DNA of 64,000 nt. Source: Macrostomum lignano. Taxonomy: Eukaryota. The notes under the pieces were generated by a model that was not told the origin of the DNA, made no database searches, and saw only the letters and a list, made by a program, of their open reading frames with translations. The stretch covers positions 271 to 64,270 of the forward strand of contig NIVC01004017.1 in NCBI GenBank assembly GCA_002269645.1, given 5' to 3'. Shown here in pieces: positions 41,901 through 53,400 of the stretch (position 1 is its first letter; each line of letters starts with the position of its first letter). The translations under genes and the position numbers were made by a program.

Positions 41901-44232
41901 CTTCATCCACCAACTTGTCAATCAAAATAGCCAAACTAACACGCTTATGCATAATACTGAAGTGGCTTGCTACTATAACTATTAAAAGCCATTGTCAGAA
42001 TTGACTTCCTATCTGTTCTATAGAATAGAATTAGCTAATGGATGGAAGGCATTGGCACTTAGCTTATAAACACGAGTATGTAGGAGTCATTTAAGCATTG
42101 GAACCAGATCCCTGACCGCACACTCCGGAGCATTTCAATAAAACGAATTTTTATAATTAATATCATCTGGTTTCCGATGCAAAAAAGTTCGAAGCTAGGA
42201 GATTTTTTCCGATATTAAAACCAGATTTCACGGTGGGAATGAAGTCAACACGGCGACAAATTAAAGGAGTTTTAAGCTGCATTATTTCCGGGCATCGATT
42301 CTAATTTATTTGATCAGGATTTTTGCATTAACGTAATTATTTTTTTCTTTCATATTTTTCTTTTGAACGTCCAAGTATAACTACTCGTTTCACGAAAACT
42401 TTCCCAGAAAAAATTATTTTACACTACTTATGATAGCAAAAAACAAGTAGTGTAAAATGCAAATACAAACAAACTGCATATTCTAACTTTCTGGAATATT
42501 CCAAGATGTAAAGTTTGCATTGTTTCTGTTATTTAAAACATTGAGTGACAAGGTTGGGTGAGTAGCCTACATTTAGAAGATAGTTAGAGAACACTAGATC
42601 GACCAGGTTACTAGACAAAACTTGACAAGATTTGGCAGCTCCAGCGTGGCAAGGTTGAGTATACCAGAATGACAATAATGAGTAGACTATAATAACAAAG
42701 GTGATACACTAGAGTGACAATAATGAGTAGACTATAATAACAAAGGTGATACACTAGAGTGACAATAATGATTAGACTTGAGTGACAATGATGATTAGAC
42801 TAGAGTGGCAATGGTGATCAGACTAGAGACAATGATGATTAGACTAGAGACAATGATGATTAGACTAGAGTGACAATGATGATTAGACTAGAGTGACAAT
42901 GATGATTAGACTAGAGTGACAATGATGATTAGACTATAGTGACAATGATGATTAGAATAGAGTGACAATGATGAGTAGACTATAGTGACAATGATGATTA
43001 GACTATAGTGACAATGATGATTAGAATAGAGTGACAATGATGAGTAGACTATAGTGACAATGATGATTAGACTAGAGTGACAATGATGATTAGACTAGAG
43101 TGGCAATGATGATTAGACTAGAGTGACAATGATGATTAGACTAGAGTGACAATGATGATTAGACTAGAGTGACAATGATTAGACTAGAGTGACAATGGTT
43201 ACTAGACTAGAGTGACAATAATGACTAGACTAGAGTGACAATAATGACTAGACTAGAGTGACAAGACGAATGCTGGAGCAGAAAAAGAGCAGCAAATTCA
43301 AAGCAGACTCACAGAAATCACTGCCGGGTCAACCAGTGCAGCAGCACGGCCCGACTCAGACTCTCTAGCCGCCAGCAGCTCCTCAACAAGGGCTTCGATT
43401 TCGCTAATCCTGCCGCCGATATCGTCGAGTTTAAGCATCGCAGCCGAGGCCGGGCCAGCCACAGCTTCATCATCCAGCAGACCGCTAGCAAATTCGTCAA
43501 TTGGAACATCTTCAACATCGGCAGACGTTGCTTCGGATTCTTTGCGTTCGTGCAATTTCTGTTGTTGTTGCTGCTGCTGCTGCTGCTGTTCCATATCGAA
43601 ATCCAGATCAGAAATTCGAGTTTCAATAGCAAATTTCTTAGTCTCGAATTGCACTATTAACTGCTCGATATCGTCGAATGCGTCAGTAACTGGGGGCAGG
43701 TCTTCCGTCAGGTCGCCCAGAGCCTCCACCCGCTGTAGAATAGCTGGAATAATTTGATTGGCAAGATTGTCAAGACGATGCTTCAAATCGCGACAAGTCT
43801 GAGCACTACTGCCGTTGTCTTCTTCAGCTTCTTTTGCTGGCTGTTGCAGAAATTCATCAGCTGCTTCTAGCCAAGAGCGCAATTGTTGCAGTTCAGCGTC
43901 AAGCGATTCTACTAGAGGCAGCGCCTTGGCAAGCTTATCAAGAGCCGGCTGAACCTGCAGGTTTTGTTTGTAACAATTGATTATCATTATCGGCTGTAAA
44001 AGTTTGCGAGGCCCTAATCAAGTGCATTGTTACTATTTCAAGAGAACATAAATTTGAAAAAACCAGCATTATTCGACTGTTTAAAAAAATTGAAATATAG
44101 CGTCAGTTAAAACTTTAGTGCGAATGTGTACGTGTTTGGACACAAACACACACACAGACTGACAGACAGGCAGACAGACAGACAGACAGATAAACAGACA
44201 AAGACAGACAGACAGACAAAGACAGACAGACT

Positions 44233-44282
<50 letters not shown>

Positions 44283-44324
44283 TAAACAGACAAAGACAGA
44301 CAGACAGACAAAGACAGACAGACT

Positions 44325-44422
<98 letters not shown>

Positions 44423-47400
44423 GTCATTAGCAGCCTAATAATATTTCAATAACGAATAATAAATCGTTTTCTTTTCCTTTCAGATTATCATCAAGTTTAG
44501 CAGGGTAACAAAAAAACCCTGAGAGGCATCTGAATAAAAAATCAGAATCATTACTAACAGAACAGAAAGAAACGGTTCACAAAGAGACAAAATAGAAATT
44601 CTGTATTTTATATTTAAAAAAGGAAGTTGTCAAAGAAAAAACCTGTGTGCAGAAAGACATGTCCGGTTAAAATTGAACTGACAATGGGTGGAGAAGCAAT
44701 ATAACTGGCCAGGGGTTAGAAATAGATGAATACACGGAATTTCACTTCTAAACACACTGACTGCCCGCCCGTTGACGGCATGTCAATCAATTGGATAACT
44801 TCAATGCAGCAGCAGCTCTTGTTGTCGAATATGTACTTTTGAATTTGCATTTTTCGACAAGCAGCTAAACCATAATAAGTATATTATATTATCACTTTTA
44901 ATTCCAGTCGCTTTCTAAAAATAGTGTGTCATTTATCAGGAATAGAACAGGGAGATACACCAAAAGGAAGCTTTACTTTAATCTGCCATTAGCTTTCTAA
45001 TTAATCTGTTAAGCTCGGTCTCAACTGTCCAACTCCATTAATGTCTATCGAATGGGAACCTGTTTGATGTGGCTCAAGAGAGGTACAGAGGATAATAATT
45101 ATATATGCGCACAAGCAGACCTTTTTTGACTCTGCACTTTTAACTTGACTAATAATGCCACACTAATACTACTTCTAATGCCATACTAATACTACTGCTA
45201 ATGCCACACTAATACTACTGCTAATGCCACACTAATACTACTGCTAATGCCATACTAATACTGCTAATGCCATACTAATACTGCTAATGCCACACTAATA
45301 CTACTGTTAATGACACACTAATACTATTGGTAATGCCATACTAATACTAACTGCTAATGTCACACTAATACGAATGCTAACGCCACACTAAAGGCACAAC
45401 AACTGTTACTACTACTAGTGCTGCTACTGCTACTATTACTACTACTACTACTACTACTACTAATACTACTACTACTACTAGTGCTACTACTACTTTACAA
45501 TATTTGATAACATGCCCAGAATAGCCACATATAGCTTAAAATAGAACGTATTAAGGAAACCATACAAGCTGCACAAAATGCATGTACAAAATCAGCTAAG
45601 CCGAGAGTACATCCATATATAAGCGCAAACTTGCATAGAATCCCCTATAGGAGTATCTGAGAATACGATTCCATGCTCGGGAAGATAATAACGCAGTAGG
45701 TTATGCCTAGCTAATTATCATATAATCAGCGCAACGAAATAAAGTAGACATAAAGTAGATTAAATGGTTAACTTGGCCCTTCAGCTTGTAAAACTAGGGT
45801 ATACGGCGGGAGTAAATATTACCACCGTTATATACAGAGATTCCTCGTCACCTACTTAGTGCCTCACTACATTTTTTTAGATAAAGGAGAAAGAGATTTA
45901 GGAAAATAGCGTATTTATAAGCTTATAGACTTACCTAAATTAATAAATAACTTCAATAGTTCAAACTACTATCGATGTTGTTTTTTAAAGATTCGAAAAC
46001 GAACGTCATATGATTTAGATAAAATGAGACAGGAGATGAGAGGTGACTAGCGCTGGTACAGATATAGATAAAGATTTTATATACACGCAAGGGATTAGTA
46101 CTTAAATCCCCATTGGCTTCACCCGGCCCCGAGCAGGGTGGTGGGGTGGGGAGGCGAAGCAATTTTTGTAAAGGAAATGACGAGAGGAGAAGAGGTTAGA
46201 AGAGGGGATTGGCTGCATCCAACCAGAAAAAAATGCTTCAGAACGGCAAACCCGAACATACTACTACGACAGTCCGAATCCTTGTTGTATTATAAAATCT
46301 GGTTGTCAGAAAACACTGGACAGGGGGTACTAAAATCCCAGCTAATCATCATCGACGAAGGGCTTAGGAAAGAGATGTAGAGTGTACAGTGCTTTTGTAT
46401 ATCATTCCTCATAAGATCTCAGTATTTGAATACTTCAAGAATATTTGACGAAAATAAATGTGAAAACCACACAGTTAACAAAAACAAAAGTTTTGCTTCT
46501 TAAAAAGAAAATAATTGTTATTCTGGATTTTGCTATCAAGATGATGAAATATAGGAAACTTACAAGTTCAACGTGCGTTTTAATCTTAAATTAAAATTGC
46601 TTTTTTTAACAACATTTACGTTTTGAATCAAACTACTTAAAGTAGGCTAAAAGCATGCAACAAATAAAAATGTTGCACAAACAAATTTTCCATGATTCAA
46701 GCTATATGCTACTGCTATAATTATAACTATTTATACTATAATAATAATTATTTATAATAGTTATATTTAATAATTATAATAATTAATAATTAATAATTAA
46801 TAATTATAATTATAATTATTAATAATAATTATTTATAATTTATTATGCTATAATAATAATTATTTATACTATAAGTAGAGAAAATGAGTATTAAATAAAA
46901 AAAATGAAACTCACCTGCTCTGACAGTCGATCAAACAGGCCTTCTAAACGTCCTAATTCAGCCAATAACCGCTTAGGAAAGTCGACCTGCTTCTGTTCAA
47001 CCAATTGTTTGCCAGTGGCCACAACGTATTGCAGATCGGGCTGCAGCTCGCTGAGCTGGGCGGACACACTCTGTGGAATCGATAAAATTTCTATTTCTGA
47101 TTGATAGTTGAAATTTAATAATTCACGTACAGTGGCGAGTGCCTTTATGCTTTGCTAGAGTTTAATCAATATTTCATAGATTAGTCAAGAGGTCTGGATG
47201 TTGAAATTTTATATTAACATTAACATCTGCAGTTGAGGTGAGTATTAATCCTCGGTAGATGTACTTTTTAATGTACTTTTAAACTACCAAGCCTTACCCA
47301 GAAAAAATCATGAAACATCAAAATCTCACAACAATAAAAAAGACCGAAAAATAAAAATTTCACTCTTTCAGAATAACAAAACTACAAAATCTCACCCCTA

Positions 47401-50400
47401 CAATAACGAAACTACAAAATCTCACCCTTAGAATAACGAACGAAACTACAAAATCTCACCATTAGAATAACGAACGAAACTACAAAATATCACCCCTAGA
47501 ATAAAGAAATTACAAAATCTCACCCCTGGAATAACAAAACTACAAAATCTGACCCATAAAATAATGAAATATCAAAATCTCACACCTAGAATAACAAAAC
47601 CTCAAAATCTCACCCCTAGAATAACAAAATATTAAAATCTCACCCTTAGAATAAAAAAGATACGAAATCTCACCCCTGGAATAACAATAACAAAGCTACA
47701 AAATCTCACCCTAGAATAACGAAACTACAAAATCTCACCCTAGAATAACGAAACTACAAAATCTCACCCCTAGAATAACAAAATTACAAAATCTCACCCT
47801 AGAATAACGAAATTACAAAATCTCACCCCTAGAATAACGAAATTACAAAATCTCACCCTAGAATAACGAAATTACAAAATCTCACCCTAAAATAACGAAA
47901 TTACAAAATCTCACCCTAAAATAACGAAATTACAAAATCTCACTCCTAGAATAACAAAGATACGAAATATCACCCCTGGAATAACAATAACAAAGCTACA
48001 AAATCTCACTCATATAATATTGAAATATCAAAATCTCATCCCTGGAATAACAAAACTACAAAATCTCACCCCTAGATTAAGAAAACTTCAAAATTTCATC
48101 TCTAGAATGAAAATCACAAAATATTTCCGATACTGTGCTTAACAAAGGATCCCAATTAAAAATTCGGGGACTAACCTCGGCAAATTCCTTTGTCCTCTGC
48201 ACATCCTCCGGCTCAATAGACAGCAAATCCAGCAAATGCAGCCGATCATTCAGACTCTCCAGCTCGCGCCGAACCCGATCCAATTTTGGCTCGAAGTCCG
48301 CCGGCCGCTGAAATCTGTTGAGCAGTTTGGCCACGTAGTCGAAACTCGCTCGGAGATGGTCACGAACGCCCTCGAGGCGGAGAGCGGCGTCTTTGTTGCC
48401 AGATGACATGTGTCTGAGGGATACAAAGGGATTAATATTATTATTAGAAATCCCACCCAGTTTAAATTGATGATTTTCCAAAATCTTCCCCAGTTTAAAT
48501 TGATGTTCATCCAAAATCTCACCCAGTTTAAATTGATGTTCATCCAAAATCTCACCCAGTTTAAATTGATGATTATCCAAAATCTCACCCAGTTTAAATT
48601 GATGTTCATCCAAAATCTCACCCAGTTTAAATTGATGTTCATCCAAAATCTCACCCAGTTTAAATTGATGATTATCCAAAATCTTCCCCAGTTTAAATTG
48701 ATAATTTTCCAAAATCTCACCCAGTTTAAATTGATGATTATCCAAAATCTTCCCCAGTTTAAATTGATAATTTTCCAAAATCTCACCCAGTATAAATTGA
48801 TAATTTTCCAAAATCTCACCCAGTTTAAATTGATGTTCATCCAAAATCTCACCCAGTTTAAATTGATGTTCATCCAAAATCTCACCCAGTATAAATTGAT
48901 GATTATCCAAAATCTCACCCAGTTTAAATTGATGATTATCCAAAATCTCACCCAGTTTAAATTGATGTTCATCCAAAATCTCACCCAGTTTAAATTGATG
49001 ATTATCCAAAATCTCACCCAGTTTAAATTGATGATTATCTAAAATCTCACCCAGTTTAAATTGATGATTATCTAAAATCTCACCCAGTTTAAATTGATGA
49101 TTATCTAAAATCTCACCCAGTTTAAATTGATGTTCATCCAAAATCTCACCCAGTTTAAATTGATGATTATCCAAAATCTCACCCAGTTTAAATTGATGTT
49201 CATCCAAAATCTCACCCAGTTTAAATTGATGTTCATCCAAAATCTCACCCAGTTTAAATTGATGATTATCCAAAATCTTCCCCAGTTTAAATTGATAATT
49301 TTCCAAAATCTCACCCAGTTTAAATTGATGATTATCCAAAATCTTCCCCAGTTTAAATTGATAATTTTCCAAAATCTCACCCAGTATAAATTGATAATTT
49401 TCCAAAATCTCACCCAGTTTAAATTGATGTTCATCCAAAATCTCACCCAGTTTAAATTGATGTTCATCCAAAATCTCACCCAGTATAAATTGATGATTAT
49501 CCAAAATCTCACCCAGTTTAAATTGATGATTATCCAAAATCTCACCCAGTTTAAATTGATGTTCATCCAAAATCTCACCCAGTTTAAATTGATGATTATC
49601 CAAAATCTCACCCAGTTTAAATTGATGATTATCTAAAATCTCACCCAGTTTAAATTGATGATTATCCAAAATCTCACCCAGTTTAAATTGATGATTATCC
49701 AAAATCTCACCCAGTTTAAATTGATGTTCATCCAAAATCTCACCCAGTTTAAATTGATGATTATCCAAAATCTCACCCAGTTTAAATTGATGATTATCCA
49801 AAATCTCACCCAGTTTAAATTGATAATTATCCAAAATCTCACCCAGTTTAAATTGATGATTATCCAAAATCTCACCCAGTTTAAATTGATGTTCATCCAA
49901 AATCTCACCCAGTTTAAATTGATAATTTTCCAAAATCTTCCCCAGTTTAAATTGATGATTATCTAAAATCTCACCCAGTTTAAATTGATGATTATCTAAA
50001 ATCTCACCCAGTTTAAATTGATGTTCATCCAAAATCTCACCCAGTTTAAATTGATGTTCATCCAAAATCTCACCCAGTTTAAATTGATGATTATCCAAAA
50101 TCTCACCCAGTTTAAATTGATGATTATCCAAAATCTCACCCAGTTTAAATTGATGATTATCCAAAATCTCACCCAGTTTAAATTGATGATTATCTAAAAT
50201 CTCACCCAGTTTAAATTGATAATTTTCCAAAATCTTCCCCAGTTTAAATTGATGATTATCTAAAATCTCACCCAGTTTAAATTGATGATTATCTAAAATC
50301 TCACCCAGTTTAAATTGATAATTTTCCAAAATCTTCCCCAGTTTAAATTGATGATTATCTAAAATCTCACCCAGTTTAAATTGATGATTATCTAAAATCT

Positions 50401-53400
50401 CACCCAGTTTAAATTGATAATTTTCCAAAATCTCACCCAGTTTAACTTGATGATTATCTAAAATCTCACCCAGTTTAAATTGATGATTATCTAAAATCTC
50501 ACCCAGTTTAAATTGATGATTATCTAAAATCTCACCCAGTTTAAATTGATGATTATCCAAAATCTCACCCAGTTTAAATTGATGATTATCCAAAATCTCA
50601 CCCAGTTTAAATTGATAATTTTCCAAAATCTCACATTGTTTTAATTGATTATCCGAAATCTCACCCAATTTGAATTGATGATTATCAAAATACCTCAAAA
50701 CCACAAAATGAGGTCCTACCTATCGTAAGTCTCGTCCAGTTTATTCAAAGTCTCTCTGTGCTGATCAATCTCTGCCCGGAGTCTCTCAGCCTCGTCGGGA
50801 CAGTCCGCTGCCAGCAGTTCAGCTTCCATTTTGTTGGTCATGAAGTCTTCAGCTACTGGCAGCCATTCTTGCATGGCGTTGGTGCGACGCTCCAGGTCTT
50901 GTATGCTGTCCAGACTCGAGCTGAGGACCTAGTGGAGATCGAGAATAAAAACACTGTACGCACTGGTTCTTAATAGGTTTGCGGGGTTAGGAGATGATTT
51001 TATATGCAAGTATTTACAAAGCTTATCGTGTAGTTTCAGACAGATTCTTAGAGAGGATTGGAGGGAAATTCCCAAGGGGATTAAGGAGACGATTATCAAG
51101 AGATTGGAGGGTGATTCTTAAAGGAGATTAAGGGCGACTCTCAAAAGCATGGGGGAGATTCTTAAATTGAATAGGAGGGCGATTCCCAAAGGAGATTGGA
51201 GGGCGATTACTAAAGGATATTGGAGGGCGATTACTAAAGGAGATTGGAGGGCGATTCTCAAATGAGATTGGAGGGCGATTCTCAAATGAGATTGGAGGGC
51301 GATTCACAAAGGAGATTGAAGGGCGATTCTCAAAGGAGATTGTAGGGCGACTACAAAAGGAGATTGAAGGGCGATTTTTAAAAGAGATTGGAACGCGATT
51401 ACTAAAGGAGATTGAAGGGCGATTCTCATAGGAGATTGGAGGGCGACTCTCAAAGGAGATTGGAGGGCGATCTTATAAATACTTGTTAACAAATATATTC
51501 TGTCAACTACGATGGGTGTCCCAGAAGTAGTGTCACTTTTGCTTGCTTCCACAAGTATTAATGTGTGTTAAAAACGTCATATGCCTTAAAAGTTAGCGGC
51601 TTATTTTAGCTTTCATGCCACGAAAGTCCCATTTTTATAAGTGCTTCCTGCTGTAAGCAGCATGCATTCGTTCGCATACCCTTAGCCATAAAAATACACA
51701 CCGCGTAGTGCTTCTATGCTCACTTAGAAGAAAGCCACAAGTACAGCTGATCAAGCACAGAGTTGCAAGACAGCAGTTCGAGGCTGGCCGGCAGTATGTT
51801 TTGCCAACTTACCCAACGGTGGTTGGTCTTTGATATCTACAGCCAGCCTCGAACTGTTCGATCCACCTGTAAACCGTTCGTCGACTGATGGAATCGGGAC
51901 CGTGAATGCGGGTCAGGTTTTCGTGAATTTCAGGGCATCTCTGACCAAGACTCTAAAGTGTAAAAATTGCGTGTCTCTGCCCTTCTGTAGAGTGAAAGTT
52001 AGGGTCCATGACTGGAACAAGTCTTGCAGCTGCTGTCTTGCAACTCTGTGCTTGATCAGCTGTACTTGTGGCTTTCTTCTGAGTGAGCATAGAAGCACTA
52101 TGCGGTGTGTATTTTTATGGCTAAGGGTATGCGAACAAATGCATGCTGCTTACAGCAGGAAGCACTTATAAAAATCGGACTTTCGTGGCATGAAAGCTAA
52201 AATAAGCCGCTAACTTTTAAGGCATATGGTTTTTTTAACACGCATTAATACTTGTTGAAGCAAGCAAAAGTGACACTACTTCTGGGACACCCCTCGTAAA
52301 ACAGCGATAAAAAAACTCACCTCCATCCTATCCTCCACCCTCTGCTTAGCCGAGTTCAACTCTCTAGTATAATCTTCAAACGACTCTACAGCTTTTTTAG
52401 CTTTTAATTCGACGTCATCATCATTAGCATCATCCTCAGGTGGCTCTTCTTCGGCAGCTGCAGCAGCATCTGCGGCGGCTTTGGCCGCAGCAACAGACGC
52501 CGATGCTTCCTCATTGACGCTGTTCAGCGATTCAGCCAGAGAGCGGAGCTGCTCGCGACGAGAACTGCTCGCCTCATCTTCGTATGATGTATTAACTGCT
52601 TCGAGTCGTTCCAGATCTGTGCAGTAGTCTTCGGCGTCTAGGTGTTCACGGCTCATTGAACTGTCCACCTGGACAAGTGAAAAAAGAATCAATGAAACAC
52701 GGGGCTAATTTAGAAAGTCTGAGATGCAGATTTTATGAATCAATGTGCCGCGCTGGGTGTGAAGAGTCAAGCTGCTCGACCCAGTGAAAGCGGTACGCAG
52801 GCAAAGAAGCTTGTCAGAATCACTTGCGTCGGTCGCCTCAGAGTCGTTGCAAGATAAAACACGAAAGAAGAAGACTCAGACGATTCTAAAATTACGATAT
52901 TCTACGGTACAAGTCGCCAAAAATTCGTCGAAGAGTCGCATTTAAAAGAGTCAATTTGAGGCGCTTTATATTGTCTGCGACTCTGAAACGACTCTGGGGC
53001 CGTAGAGTCGTATCTGACGCGTGCCAAAGTCGCTGTTAGAATCACTGAGGTTGCGTCTCCAGAGGAGGCACCAGAGGAGGTGGAGAGGACATGAAGAGAG
53101 AAAAGAGAAGAGAGATTGGAGAAACGATAGGTGAGGGAGAAAGGAGAAGAGATGAGACGAAAGGAGAGGAGGCATGAACTAGGAGAGGGGAGTGGAGAGA
53201 AGAGAAGAGGAGAGAAGGGGAGAGGGGAGAGGAGAGGAGAGGATATTAGAGAAGAGAGATCCTTATACAGGCCGATTTGCCATTTTGAAGTTTCAAAGCA
53301 CCCGAAGGCCAGATAGAGAGGCTTTTGAGGGCCGCACGTGGCCCGCGGGCCGGAGTTTGCCAGCCCCTGGTCTAGCCATATCAATACGCACAGGTTAAGA

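Noticed and set aside
48077-50704. 875-aa ORF with [11 protein letters not shown] repeats running in frame into exon 9
   Set aside because: It is the translation of a 33-bp satellite. There is a real acceptor at 48413, and retaining the intron from exon 8 hits AGG TAG immediately.
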